This document shows positions 1-10,282 of a stretch of DNA of 64,000 nt, piece after piece; the stretch's first letter is position 1, and every line of letters starts with the position of its first letter. The notes under the pieces were generated by a model. It searched no databases and was not told the DNA's origin. It was given only the letters and a program-made list of their open reading frames with translations. The stretch comes from Candidatus Multivorans sp. (lineage in GTDB: Bacteria > Acidobacteriota > Thermoanaerobaculia > Multivoradales > Multivoraceae). A program made the position numbers and the translations under genes. The DNA lies in the NCBI GenBank assembly GCA_965203495.1, contig CBDBDB010000007.1, forward strand, positions 324,959 through 388,958. Reading direction: 5' to 3'.

Positions 1-69
1 CGGACGCGCATCGACCGGGCGCTGCTCGTTCGGCAGGTCGGCGGACTCGCGCGACTGGAGCTGCGTCGG

Positions 70-828
70 TTGCTGCTGACCCGCAGAGCGCTGATCCTGG
101 GGCTCGCCTCGGCCGTTCCGGTGGCGATCGTCCTGCTGGTCGGTTCGATCCCGATCGACGGCCAGACGGTGCTGGAGCGGTTCGGCGCCCGGACGGTCTA
201 CGAGACGATCTTCGAGACGGTGTTCCTGGGCGCGATCCTGTTCTTCGGCTGCCTGTACGCCTTCTTCAACCTGTTCCGCGGCGAGATCCTGGAGCGCAGC
301 CTCCACTACCTGCTGCTCACGCCGCTTCGCCGCGAACTGGTCGTGGTCGGCAAGTACGCGGCGGCGCTAGCCGCCGTTGCGGCGCTGTTCATGGCGAGCA
401 CCGTGGTCAGCTACCTGCTGATCTACCTGCCCGTCGGCTTCTCGGGAGCGATCGAGGACCTGACCGCCGGCCCGGGCGGGCGGCATCTCGCGGCCTACCT
501 GGGCGTGACCCTGCTCGCCTGCATCGGCTACGGTTCGCTGTTCACGCTGGTCGGCATGGTGTTCCGGAACCCCATCATCCCGGCCGGCGCCCTCTACCTG
601 TGGGAGATGCTGCACTTCCTGCTGCCGCCCGCGCTCAAGAAGCTCAGCGTGATTCACTACCTGAAGGGCATGCTGCCGGTGCCGCTCGCGGACGGACCGT
701 TCGCGGTAGTCGTCGAACCGCCGCCGGCGGCCGTTTCCGTCCTCGGTCTGCTCGCCTTCGCCGGCGTCGTGCTTGCGGCCACCGCCCTGATCTTCCGGCG
801 CCTGGAGATCCGGTACACCGAGGAGTAG
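70..828 (+). CDS. ABC-2 type transporter permease (membrane protein)
   Basis: The 252-aa ORF has about six hydrophobic segments. Its composition is typical of ABC-2 permeases. The true start may lie upstream of the window. Confidence 0.55.
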   Translation: MLLTRRALILGLASAVPVAIVLLVGSIPIDGQTVLERFGARTVYETIFETVFLGAILFFGCLYAFFNLFRGEILERSLHYLLLTPLRRELVVVGKYAAALAAVAALFMASTVVSYLLIYLPVGFSGAIEDLTAGPGGRHLAAYLGVTLLACIGYGSLFTLVGMVFRNPIIPAGALYLWEMLHFLLPPALKKLSVIHYLKGMLPVPLADGPFAVVVEPPPAAVSVLGLLAFAGVVLAATALIFRRLEIRYTEE

Positions 829-898
829 ATGGCGGCTCGCGGCGGCGAGGAAACCGCGAGGCGCGACAAGTGCGTGAGCGGCTTCGAGCCGTCCCCCC

Positions 899-2659
899 TC
901 AACGCAGCCGGTCCAGCAGTCCGGTGGAGCGGGACGTCGTCCGCAGGACGGCCGCGCGAACGGCGTCCTCTCCGGCCATCACGGTGACGGTTTTTCGCGC
1001 CCTGGTGACCGCCGTGTAGAACAGCTCGCGCGTGTTGACCCGCGACTCCGCGGGGCCGGGGACGATGACGAGGTCGTCGACCTCCGAACCCTGGGCGCGA
1101 TGGACGGTGAGCGCGAAGAAGCTCTCGTGCTGCGGTAGACGGGCGAGCGGGACGAGCCGCCGTTCACCGTCGCGGTCGAGATCCGGGAACCAGACCTGGG
1201 GACGCCCCGAGCCGCCGGGCACGACGACGCCGGTGTCGCCGTTCATGAGGTTCGTCTGCCGGTCGTTGCGATTGACGATGATCGGACGTCCGACGTAGAG
1301 CTCGTGGCGAGGGGACCGGCGGCCCATGCGGGCCAGGCGCCGCTCGACCAGGCGGTTGAAGCGCTGCGTTCCGAAGGGACCGCGCCGGTGGCTGCAGAGC
1401 ACCCGCCGCGCGGGGAACGGAGCGGCGGCTTCCGGTTCCGCCTCGAGCCTTGCCATGTGATCGGCCCAGGTCTCCGCGTACTCGTCGGCGAAGCGGTCGA
1501 AGGCGTCCTCGTCCGCGAGCGGCGCCAGACGCGCCTCCCGCCTGGACCCGTCCTGGAGGACGGAGGCCGCGCCGGCGGCGTCGCCGGCGACGACGGCCCG
1601 CGCCAACTGGCCGATGGCGGAGTGTTCCTCGAAGCGGTAGTTCTTCCGCAGCGTCGTGACGGAACCGGCCAGCGGCCCCGCGTCGCCCGCCCGGCACAGG
1701 TCGCTGAAGACCGAACCCGGCTCCACCGAAGCCAACTGGTTCGCGTCGCCCAGCAGGATCAGCCTGCACCGCGGCGGCAGCGCGGCCGCGAGACGGTCCA
1801 TCAGCTTGAGGTCGGCCATCGAGCATTCGTCGACCACCAGCGCCTCGAGTCGGTTCAGGCGGCTGGTTCGGCTCGCCAGCAGCCGATGGATCGTCCGCGC
1901 CTCGGCCGGGAACTCGCGGATGCCCGGCTGGTCGTCGAGCGGCGGCTGGCTCAACTTCCCGCGCACCGACTCCTGGATGCGGGAGGCCGCCTTGCCCGTC
2001 GGCGCCGCCAGGCCGATGCGGCGCCGGTCGGCGAGGCCTTCCGCCGCCAGGATGGCGATCAGCTTGGCCGCCAGGGTCGTCTTGCCGGTGCCAGGCCCTC
2101 CGGTGACGATGCACAGCCGCCGTTCGAGCGCGGTGCGGAGCGCGGCGACGGCCTCCGCGGTCCGGTCTTCCGCCTCGTCGAACATTCGGGCGATCGCCTG
2201 TTCCATGCAGGGGATCGGCTCGGTGTCCGTCGCCATGTCGACCAGGCGCTCGGCGAGCCGGCACTCGGCGTCGAACAGGCGACGCAGGTAGAGGCGTTCG
2301 CGGTCCAGGACAAGAGGTCGTTCGGCCTCGGGACTCTCTCCAGCAGCGACCACCCGGCTCTCCGACAGCGTGTCGAGCAGCGCCTCGCGCCGAGGCAGCG
2401 CGATCGCCAGCAGCTCCGGGTCCAGTGCGTTGCCCGCCAGGGCGCCGTCGGGTCGCTCCACCAGCTCCGCGATCGGACGGCTCGCTTTCCGCAGGTCGAG
2501 ACAGGTGTGTCCGCTCCGGTGCATGGCGCTGGCGACGGCGGCAGCCAGGGCCGCGTCCCCGTCGGCGCCCAGGTCCATCAGGAGCAGGGCGAAGCAGCGG
2601 TCGATCTCGGCCAGGACGCCGGCATCGGTCAGCGCCTGGATCCGCCCGTGTCGCCTCAC
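899..2659 (-). CDS. recD: Exodeoxyribonuclease V alpha subunit RecD
   Basis: Walker A GGPGTGKTT is present. Helicase motifs LILLGDANQLASVEPGSVF, LRKNYRF and ALTVHRAQGSEVD are present. The GTG start at 2659-2657 overlaps the recB TGA (GTGA). Confidence 0.85.
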   Translation of the reverse strand: MRRHGRIQALTDAGVLAEIDRCFALLLMDLGADGDAALAAAVASAMHRSGHTCLDLRKASRPIAELVERPDGALAGNALDPELLAIALPRREALLDTLSESRVVAAGESPEAERPLVLDRERLYLRRLFDAECRLAERLVDMATDTEPIPCMEQAIARMFDEAEDRTAEAVAALRTALERRLCIVTGGPGTGKTTLAAKLIAILAAEGLADRRRIGLAAPTGKAASRIQESVRGKLSQPPLDDQPGIREFPAEARTIHRLLASRTSRLNRLEALVVDECSMADLKLMDRLAAALPPRCRLILLGDANQLASVEPGSVFSDLCRAGDAGPLAGSVTTLRKNYRFEEHSAIGQLARAVVAGDAAGAASVLQDGSRREARLAPLADEDAFDRFADEYAETWADHMARLEAEPEAAAPFPARRVLCSHRRGPFGTQRFNRLVERRLARMGRRSPRHELYVGRPIIVNRNDRQTNLMNGDTGVVVPGGSGRPQVWFPDLDRDGERRLVPLARLPQHESFFALTVHRAQGSEVDDLVIVPGPAESRVNTRELFYTAVTRARKTVTVMAGEDAVRAAVLRTTSRSTGLLDRLR

Positions 2660-5600
2660 GGCGCGCTCGCTTCGCCGCCGCTCAGGCAGGCATCGAGCGC
2701 CTCGATGCAGTCGCGCGTCGGTCGGTCCCGGAACACGCCGCCGCCGGGAGCGTTCGGCGTCATGCCGCGCAGGAAGAGGTAGAACGCGCCCCCGACGTGC
2801 CGGTCGTAGTCGTAGTCCGGCAGCCGCAGGCGCAGCAGACGGTGCAGGGCGGTCAGGTACAGCAGATACTGGAGGTGGTAGCCGTGCTCCCGCATCGCCT
2901 CGGCGAGCGCCCGCTCGGAGTACGCCGACGGATCGAGGCCCAGCCGGTTCGACTTGTAGTCGATGACGTACCAGCGCCCTTCGTGGCATGCCACGAGATC
3001 GATGTAGCCGTGCAGGAAGCCCTCGATCTTCGCGTCGTCCTCCGCGAGCGGATGCTCGTAGCCGTACGCCCTCAGGCGCCGACCGAGCTCCGTCCGCCCG
3101 AAGGCCGACAGCGGCAGGTGGAACTCCATCTCGGCGATAGGCGTCTTCAGGTCGGAGAGACGGAAGACGCCGCCCGCCTCGCCGGGACGCATCAGCGGCG
3201 TGTCGAGAGCGTTGTCGACCAGCTCCCGCGTGACCGGAAGCCACACCTCCCGAGCGAAGCCGTAACGGGAGAGCGCCTCCCTGCACGCGTCGTCCCTGCA
3301 CGCGGCGTCCGTTTCCGGCGGTGCGGGGTCGCCGAACAGGCGCTCGAAGATCTCGTGCAGGCACCTGCCGGTGCGGCCGCCGGCCGGGAGCGAGAAGATC
3401 GACGGACCCGGCTCTTCCCGCGTTCGGTCCGTCTCCGGCGCCTCCGCGACGGTCGCCTCGCCGGGCGGCGAGAGATCGACCTCGTCGCGGTCGCGGACGG
3501 GCATGGGCGGTTTCGCGGCGGCGGCGGTTGCCGGTCGCTCCATGCCGACGGCAGCGCCGCCGTCCGACGCCGGGCCGCGGTCGCCGCCTTCCTCGGCGGC
3601 CGGGCCGGTTGCGGTCGACAGGGCCGAGTAGCTCGTCCGCTGCCGGATGAGCCGCGGTTGGCGGCCGAGCTCGCGGACCGCCAGTTTCTCGGGGGCGTCT
3701 GGCCTGGCGTCCGCGGACGACGTCGCCGGTCCGATCTCGCGGGCGCACAGCGCGTCCGGGTCCCCGCCGACGAACTCCTCGATCTCCCGGCGCCATGCGT
3801 TCGGGTCCAGGCCCTTCACGTACTCCGCATGGTTGGCCAGCGCCTTCGCCGGATCGCTCGGCAGCGCGCGGCCGCGTCCGTGAAGCAGCCAGGCCAGCGG
3901 CGTGTGCTCGGCCCCTCCGTCCGGCGCCCAGGTCACGACGGTGCGCTGCCTGGCGCGCGTCAGCGCGACGTAGAGCAGCCGCAGTTCGTCGGCATGCTCT
4001 TCGGCCCGCTCGCGGCCGTAAGCCGCTTCGTCCGGGTTCAGGTCGAGCACGGGCTTCGCGGGTTTGCTGGCGTCGTCGTAGTAGTTGGCGGTCGGCTCTC
4101 TCTGCCTTCCCGTTTTCGGCCGGCGGCCGTCCCACGCGAAGGGGTAGAAGACGATCGGAAACTCGAGTCCCTTGGCGCGGTGAACGGTGACGATCTTCAC
4201 CAGATTCTCGTCGCTTTCCAGACGAAGCTGCGCCGTCTCGTCGCCCTGGCGGGATTCGTTTCTCGACTGGCGGAACCACTCCGCCAGACCGTGGCGCGAG
4301 GGACGCCGCCGGGTCTCCGCCTCGTGCAGCAGGTCGCTCAGGTGGAGGTAGTTCGTCAACCGGCGCGGGCCGTCCGGGTAGCGGAGAAGGTTGGCGGAAC
4401 AGTCCTGCGCGCCGCCGAACAGGATGCGCCGCATGAGCGTGGCGATTCCTTGCCGCCGCCAGACGTCGGCCCACTCGCGCGTGAGCGTCCGCCAGCCGTC
4501 CCAGGCGTCGTCGTCGTCCTGGAGTTCGGCCAGTTCGTGCATGTCCAGACCGAACAGGTCGGCGGCCAGCGCCCCCCGCAGCAACGGCGTGGCGTTGGCC
4601 TCCGTTCCGTCCAGGCACAGGGCGCGCAGAAGGCGGTGGAGCGCGTCGGCTTCCGCCGAAACGAAGATGTTGTCCGTGCCGAGTTCGACGCTGTCGATCT
4701 TGCGTTCCCGGAGCGCCTCCGCGATGGCCTTGCCCTGGGCGCCGGTGCGGACGAGCACGGCGATGTGACCGGCAGTCAGCGGCTCTCGACCGCCCCCGGC
4801 GTCGGAGACCAGCGCCGCGCCGCCTTCGGCGCCCAGAGCGATCAGCCGGGCGATCTCGTTGGCTGCCTGTCGGGCCGCCAGCCCCTCCAGTTCCGGCTTC
4901 CTGCGCTGTTCGTTCGGGCGCTTCCCCATCAGGACGAACTGGAACGGCGGAGAATCGGGCTCTCCGTCGACGACCAGTTCGGCGCGGTCGCGATCGGCCG
5001 GCCGGGAAGGGTCGAACGTGAACGCCTCGAGCACGAACGGCCGCGGCCGCGAGAACAGCTCGCCGACGGCGCGGATCAGCCCGGGCGTCGAGCGGTAGTT
5101 GAGGTCCAGCCGGAGGGGATCCCGCGCCCTGGCGAGCTGGTCCTGGGCCTCCAGGTAGGCGAACACGTCGGCGCCGCGGAAGCGGTAGATCGACTGCTTC
5201 GGGTCGCCGACGACGAATCGCCGCCCGGTCGCGGGGTTGGCCGGGTTCGTGTCGGTCCCGTTTGCTTCGGCCTCGCTCGGGCCGCGGTCGGCCGAGTAGA
5301 TCCTCCTGAAGATCTCGGCCTGCAGGCGGTCCGTGTCCTGGAATTCGTCGATCAGGCTGACCGGGTAGCGAGCGCGAATCCGCCGCGCGAGTTCCGGCCC
5401 GCGCGCTCCCTCGAGAACGCGGTGAAGCTCCACCAGCAGGGCGTCGAAGCCCAGGCGGCGGTCCGCCCAGGCGCGATGATGCAGGGTCTTCCCGACGTCT
5501 TCCAGAAGCTGACGCCGTCGTCCGGCCAGCCAGGTCCGACCCAGGTCTTCGCCCTTCTCGCCAACCATCTCGAGAGCGCCGAACAGCGGAACGTCGTCCG

Positions 5601-6555
5601 GGGGCGGGTTGGCCTTCTGCAGCAGCGAGGCCAGCTTCTCGCGGCCGAACTGGCCGGCGAAATCCGGCGCCAGGTTCTCCGCGCCGCCGGAGTCCATCGC
5701 GGCGACGAGCGTTTCGATGTCCTGGTCGGGCCGCTTGCCGCTGTACCACTTGTACCGGTGGGCCACGTTCAGGAACTCGGCCCGCCCGTCGTCCGCCCAG
5801 GCCTGTTCCGCGGCGCGGAGCGCTTCCCTCCACTCTTCCTCCTTCGCTCCCAGGTCTTTCTCCGGGTTCGGAGAGGCGCCCCGGATCTCCTGCGGCCTGG
5901 CGTGTTGACGCATGACCCAGTTTGCCGTGTCCTCGCCGGGAACGAACCCCTTCGACCTGGCGTACTCGAGCAGGGAGATCGGCTCGTCGACCATCCGCCG
6001 CCGCCAGAAGTCGCGCACGGCGTCGCTCACGGCCAGCGCGTCGTCGCCGTTGACCTCGAAGGAGAACGGAATGCCGGCCGGGAGCGCGAACTCGTTCAGC
6101 GCCTGCTGGCAGAAGCCGTGGATCGTGGTGATCGTCGCCCGGTCGATGTCGTGAAGGGCCCGCGCGAGCCGCCCGCGCGCCTGCTCGTCCGCTTCCTGCT
6201 CGAGGCGTTCGCGCGGCGCCTGGTCCGCCGCCTGCCGGTCCGCGATCCGGGCTTGGCGCCACGATCTCCGGAGCCGCGCCGCCTGGTCGTCGCCTCCGTT
6301 TCGCGCCTCGGATCCGGAAGCGGCGCGGAGCGACTCGTGCAGCGTGCGCCGGATCCGCGCTCGCAACTCGCCGGCGGCCGCCACGGTGAAGGTGACGACG
6401 AGAAGTTCGTCGATGCGGCGGGCCTCCTCGACGATCAGGCGCGCGACCAGCGTGGTCAGGGCGTAGGTCTTGCCCGTCCCGGCGCTGGCCTCGATCAGCA
6501 GGTCGGGCTGCAGAGGCGCATGGAACGCGTCGACCCGCGCGGCGACGTCGTTCAC
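2656..6555 (-). CDS. recB: Exodeoxyribonuclease V beta subunit RecB (UvrD-type helicase + C-terminal nuclease)
   Basis: The N-terminus LIEASAGTGKTYALT matches the E. coli RecB start. The GTG at 6555-6553 overlaps the recC TGA stop. The long upstream extension of the ORF is Arg-rich and judged spurious. Confidence 0.85.
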   Translation of the reverse strand: MNDVAARVDAFHAPLQPDLLIEASAGTGKTYALTTLVARLIVEEARRIDELLVVTFTVAAAGELRARIRRTLHESLRAASGSEARNGGDDQAARLRRSWRQARIADRQAADQAPRERLEQEADEQARGRLARALHDIDRATITTIHGFCQQALNEFALPAGIPFSFEVNGDDALAVSDAVRDFWRRRMVDEPISLLEYARSKGFVPGEDTANWVMRQHARPQEIRGASPNPEKDLGAKEEEWREALRAAEQAWADDGRAEFLNVAHRYKWYSGKRPDQDIETLVAAMDSGGAENLAPDFAGQFGREKLASLLQKANPPPDDVPLFGALEMVGEKGEDLGRTWLAGRRRQLLEDVGKTLHHRAWADRRLGFDALLVELHRVLEGARGPELARRIRARYPVSLIDEFQDTDRLQAEIFRRIYSADRGPSEAEANGTDTNPANPATGRRFVVGDPKQSIYRFRGADVFAYLEAQDQLARARDPLRLDLNYRSTPGLIRAVGELFSRPRPFVLEAFTFDPSRPADRDRAELVVDGEPDSPPFQFVLMGKRPNEQRRKPELEGLAARQAANEIARLIALGAEGGAALVSDAGGGREPLTAGHIAVLVRTGAQGKAIAEALRERKIDSVELGTDNIFVSAEADALHRLLRALCLDGTEANATPLLRGALAADLFGLDMHELAELQDDDDAWDGWRTLTREWADVWRRQGIATLMRRILFGGAQDCSANLLRYPDGPRRLTNYLHLSDLLHEAETRRRPSRHGLAEWFRQSRNESRQGDETAQLRLESDENLVKIVTVHRAKGLEFPIVFYPFAWDGRRPKTGRQREPTANYYDDASKPAKPVLDLNPDEAAYGRERAEEHADELRLLYVALTRARQRTVVTWAPDGGAEHTPLAWLLHGRGRALPSDPAKALANHAEYVKGLDPNAWRREIEEFVGGDPDALCAREIGPATSSADARPDAPEKLAVRELGRQPRLIRQRTSYSALSTATGPAAEEGGDRGPASDGGAAVGMERPATAAAAKPPMPVRDRDEVDLSPPGEATVAEAPETDRTREEPGPSIFSLPAGGRTGRCLHEIFERLFGDPAPPETDAACRDDACREALSRYGFAREVWLPVTRELVDNALDTPLMRPGEAGGVFRLSDLKTPIAEMEFHLPLSAFGRTELGRRLRAYGYEHPLAEDDAKIEGFLHGYIDLVACHEGRWYVIDYKSNRLGLDPSAYSERALAEAMREHGYHLQYLLYLTALHRLLRLRLPDYDYDRHVGGAFYLFLRGMTPNAPGGGVFRDRPTRDCIEALDACLSGGEASAP

Positions 6556-9500
6556 GAACTGGCCTTCCTGAGCGGTCCCAGCAAACGGTGGGCGAGGGCG
6601 CGGAACTGCTCGCCCTCGCTGCCGTCGCCGGAGAGGAGCTCGGCGCTCTTCTCCACGTTGCCGAATACGAGCTGGTGGGAGGCCTCCGCGCCTTCGCTGT
6701 AGCTCTGTCCTGACCACACGCGCCTGACGCTCTCGGTCCACTTGTTCTTGGCGAGCCATTCCCAGGACGTCGCGGGGAAGAAGGGCAGGGGGCGGCGTCG
6801 GCCCTCCCGCCAGGTCGACGTCCAGTGGCCGAGCAACTTCCGCGCGACGTCTGGATCCGGGCCGGCGACGACGACCTCTTCGATCTCCTTGCCGCAGCCC
6901 AGCAGGTGCGCGCTGGCCGTCTCGTTCCGGCTGCCGATGAGCGCGAGCAGTCGCAGCCAGGTCGCGATCCGGTCCTTCGGCCGCACTCTTCCGATACGCC
7001 AGAAGAGGAGTTCGTTCCTCTCCCGCTCGAACTGGTCGACGGCGCCGATCAGCCGGACGCGTTCGAGGTCGACCTCGACGCCCTCGACCGGCGCCTGCCG
7101 GTGGGCATCGAAACGCTGGAGCTCGGCATCGAGCATCGCCACCTGCGTTGCCGACTTCCGGTACTCGATGCAGCCCAGGTTCCCCGCGGGGAGCAAACCT
7201 CGGGCCGCGGCGAGACGGTGCGCCGTTTCGTCGTCCAGGGCGTCCTTGCCGCTCAGTTCGCTCTTCAGCTGCCAGACCTCGAGCGCGTTCAGGTCGAGCG
7301 GCTCGTCGTCCTCCACGTCGTCCTCGCGGGCGCCGAGCGCCATGCCGAGCCGGTTCCGCAGGAAGTCTCTGGAGGGGCTCTCGGAGAAGCGGATCAGGTC
7401 CTCCAGTTCGATTTCCGCCGCTTCGCCTTCGTCCGGGTCGGCGGGCAGTTCGCCCTGGAAGCGACGGGGCGTTTCGCCGCGCGAGCGCAGCGCCCTGGCG
7501 GCCTGGAGCATCGGCCGCGAGTAGCTGAACAGCTCCGGTTCTTCCGACGAGGCCGCGGCCCGCGCGCCGCGCTCGCTCTCGCCGTCGACCGTGAAGTACC
7601 TGCGGCTGAAGGGCTGAAGCGGATGCTCCGTTCGCCAGCGCTCGCGCGGATCCGCGACCGCGTCCGCGCGTTCGTTCGGTTCGCGCGCCGGGACGGAGAA
7701 CCGCTTCGCCAGGTAGTCCAGGAGTTCGCTGACCAGGACCGACGGCGGAATCGGCTTGTCCTCCTGCAGGTCCTTGCCGGTGCAGGTGACGACGAAGCAG
7801 TTCCGGGCGGCGAGCAGGGCCTCCAGGAAGGCGAAGCGGTCGTCTCCGCGGCGGTCCGGATCGCCCGGCCTAGGCTTCTCGCGGTCGAACAGTCCGGCCT
7901 TGAAGTCGAAGACCTCGGGCGGTTGGCGGTGCGGGAAGGCGCGATCGTTCATGCCGACGGCGCACACCGCCTTCGCCGGAAAGATCTGCCCGGAGGCGAG
8001 CGACGCGACGGCAATGCCGTCCGCCAGCCGGGGCGGCGACCGGACGGATTTCACGGCAAGGTCGTTCAGCGTCTCGCGCAGCACCGGGAACGGAATGCGG
8101 CCCTTGGCGCCGGCCTGCCGGCACTCGTCGTCGAACTCCTCGATCAGCCGGGACACCGTGCGGACTTCCCGGGCGGCCTCTGATCCGGCGTGGAGGTCGG
8201 CGTCGAAGAACCTGTCCAGGACGTCGCGGCGCAGCCGGTTCGTCCAGCCGGATGCCTCCAGTTCGACCGTCCGCCAGTCGCCGAGTTCGAACGCGAGCTC
8301 GCAGTAGCGGTGGAATCGTCCGAGAAGCTCGTAGTCAGCCGCGCCGTCGTGGAAGCCCCGGCCGTCGAGAGCGCAGGGCTTGATGCCGTCGGCCAGGACA
8401 TCGCCTTCGTGGAGCGCGTAGCCGAGCGTCAGCCGGTCGAGGCCCCGGCGCCAGTTGTGGTCGGCCGACGCGGGAACGTCGAGCTCGGTCCGGTGGTCGG
8501 CGGCCTTGCCCCAGCGCACCCGCGCGCGGGCTACGGCGCCGCGGAGCGTCGCGAGATCCGTGTCGGCGATGTCGAAGCGGCGGCGCACGGCGCCGGCGAG
8601 CAACGGCGCCAGGAGTTCGCTCGCCGTGAAGCGGGCGCCGGGAAGCGCCAGCAGGTCGAGGAAGGCGGTCAGGGCGGCGCCTTCCTTCAGCCGCCGCGCG
8701 CCGACGCTGAAGCCGATGCGGTCGGCGGCGCCGAACACGGCCTCGATCAGCGGCGCGTAGGTGTCGATGTCCGGCGTGAGCACCAGAACGTCGGCGGGCT
8801 GGATGTCCTCGTGGCGGTCGAAGACGCCAAGCAGGCGGTCGTGCAGGATCTCGACTTCGCGGGTTGGCGAATGACAGACGTGGACCTGAAGCGAGTCGTC
8901 CCGGTCGTCAGGTTCGAAGTGGTTGTCGAGAGCGTTCGGAGCCGCCTCGAAGATGTCGCGCTGCACCGCGGCCAGACAGCTGACGGCGCGCGGTGCGTCG
9001 CTTTCCCGCGGACGGTCCGCGACGACGGCGACGTTCGGTTCGGCGAAGAGCTGGCGCGGCAGGGCCCGCGCCGAACCGCTCCAGGCGTCCAGCAGTTCGT
9101 TCGTCTCCCTGGCCTCTTCGCCGCGTTCGGCAAGAGCCGCGGGTGGCTGGCCAGCCTGAACCGTGAGATCGTTCGTCTTTCCGGTCTCCCCGGTGCGTTC
9201 GGCCGGGTCGGTCCAGAAACGGCGGCTCGGGCTCAGGACGTAGAGGTGGACGTCCATCGCCGTCGCGGCGAGATGCAGCGCCTCGACGTAGGTGGGAGAC
9301 ATCTTCGCGACGTGGAAGAAGTTCACCCGTTTCTTCCTTGTCGCCGCCGCGCGTCCATCGAGCGCCTCCCGATACGTGTCGATCGCGTCGACCCAGTGGC
9401 GCGGTTCGGAGTCCGTCGCGGCGAGCTCGGCCCAGAGCCGCGCGTGCCAGCCCGCCGGCGATCCCCGCTGCCAGTCGCGGATGGTCTCCGGCCGGTACAC

Positions 9501-9956
9501 GCGGCAGCGGTCGTAGGCGGCGGCCAGCCGGTCGGCCAGTTCAAAGCGCTTGCGCGGGTCGCCGTCCTCCAGGTAGCTGTCGATCGCCTCGTCGCCCGTC
9601 CCGCGCGCGAGCCGCTCGAAGATTCTCCAGCGCAGGTAGCGCGGGCCGTACACGGACTCTTCGGTCAACGTCTTCGCCTCCTCCCGCATGGCCTTCCAGG
9701 CGAACTCCGCCGGCTCTTCGACCCGCAGGTGGGCGGCGACGCCCAGGCGCGCGGCCAGTTCGAGTCGAAGCCACTGACCGAGCAGCTGGTCCGGCACGAC
9801 GATGCGCTCTGGTTCGAGCGGCGCCGCGGGCGTCCGCCTCATGGCGTCGGCCAGCCGGTCGGCGAGCGTCTCCAACCGGTTCGAGGCGTGGATGCGAAAC
9901 GCGGCGTCGGGCTGGTCCATCAGCAGGGACAGTTGCTCGCCCGTCGCGTTCGGCAT
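6552..9956 (-). CDS. recC: Exodeoxyribonuclease V gamma subunit RecC
   Basis: The N-terminus FRIHASNRLETLADRL...IVVPDQLLGQWL matches the RecC N-terminus. The start is chosen at MPNATGEQ (ATG 9956-9954); MDQPDAAF at 9920 is an alternative. A TACAAT motif lies about 8 nt upstream. Confidence 0.8.
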   Translation of the reverse strand: MPNATGEQLSLLMDQPDAAFRIHASNRLETLADRLADAMRRTPAAPLEPERIVVPDQLLGQWLRLELAARLGVAAHLRVEEPAEFAWKAMREEAKTLTEESVYGPRYLRWRIFERLARGTGDEAIDSYLEDGDPRKRFELADRLAAAYDRCRVYRPETIRDWQRGSPAGWHARLWAELAATDSEPRHWVDAIDTYREALDGRAAATRKKRVNFFHVAKMSPTYVEALHLAATAMDVHLYVLSPSRRFWTDPAERTGETGKTNDLTVQAGQPPAALAERGEEARETNELLDAWSGSARALPRQLFAEPNVAVVADRPRESDAPRAVSCLAAVQRDIFEAAPNALDNHFEPDDRDDSLQVHVCHSPTREVEILHDRLLGVFDRHEDIQPADVLVLTPDIDTYAPLIEAVFGAADRIGFSVGARRLKEGAALTAFLDLLALPGARFTASELLAPLLAGAVRRRFDIADTDLATLRGAVARARVRWGKAADHRTELDVPASADHNWRRGLDRLTLGYALHEGDVLADGIKPCALDGRGFHDGAADYELLGRFHRYCELAFELGDWRTVELEASGWTNRLRRDVLDRFFDADLHAGSEAAREVRTVSRLIEEFDDECRQAGAKGRIPFPVLRETLNDLAVKSVRSPPRLADGIAVASLASGQIFPAKAVCAVGMNDRAFPHRQPPEVFDFKAGLFDREKPRPGDPDRRGDDRFAFLEALLAARNCFVVTCTGKDLQEDKPIPPSVLVSELLDYLAKRFSVPAREPNERADAVADPRERWRTEHPLQPFSRRYFTVDGESERGARAAASSEEPELFSYSRPMLQAARALRSRGETPRRFQGELPADPDEGEAAEIELEDLIRFSESPSRDFLRNRLGMALGAREDDVEDDEPLDLNALEVWQLKSELSGKDALDDETAHRLAAARGLLPAGNLGCIEYRKSATQVAMLDAELQRFDAHRQAPVEGVEVDLERVRLIGAVDQFERERNELLFWRIGRVRPKDRIATWLRLLALIGSRNETASAHLLGCGKEIEEVVVAGPDPDVARKLLGHWTSTWREGRRRPLPFFPATSWEWLAKNKWTESVRRVWSGQSYSEGAEASHQLVFGNVEKSAELLSGDGSEGEQFRALAHRLLGPLRKASS

Positions 9957-10061
9957 CGCGCGATTGTAGGCCGTGCGCCGCGGGCTGCTAGTCTGGCGCT
10001 TCGCCGTCCGATTCTTCAACGGGAAGAGGATCGCCGCAGCAAGAGTCTGAGCACACATCAA

Positions 10062-10215
10062 GGCGCAGGCAGTTCAAGGGAAGGGAGTGAGACTCTCCCG
10101 CCGCCCCGCGACTGTGAACCGGACGAAGCCGGCGACAACCACTGTCCCGCCCGCGGGATGGGAAGGGCCGGCCAACAGGACGAAGGAAGCCAGGAGACCT
10201 GGCTGCCTGCCGAGG
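10062..10215 (+). promoter_or_regulatory. Cobalamin (AdoCbl) riboswitch in btuB leader
   Basis: The B12 box AAGCCAGGAGACCTGGC is at 10187-10203. The conserved elements AAGGGAAGGGAGTGAGACTCTCCC, GCCGCCCCGCGACTGTGAACCGG, CCACTGTCCCG and GGGAAGGGCC appear in consensus order. The element lies directly upstream of a BtuB-like gene. Confidence 0.8.
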
Positions 10216-10282
10216 CACACAACGCTCCGCCGGCCCCGGAAAGGCCGTCCGGAGAGGAATCCCGAGGGGGAGGAAGGCCCGA

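Noticed and set aside
899-6262. 1787-aa minus-strand ORF spanning the recD/recB region
   Set aside because: Only the 3' roughly 590 codons are RecD-like. The remainder is Arg/Pro/Gly-rich off-frame read-through typical of GC-rich DNA. The true genes are recD 899-2659 and recB 2656-6555.
2425-6702. 1425-aa plus-strand ORF antisense to recB
   Set aside because: It has low-complexity Arg/Val-rich translation and is antisense to a well-supported gene.
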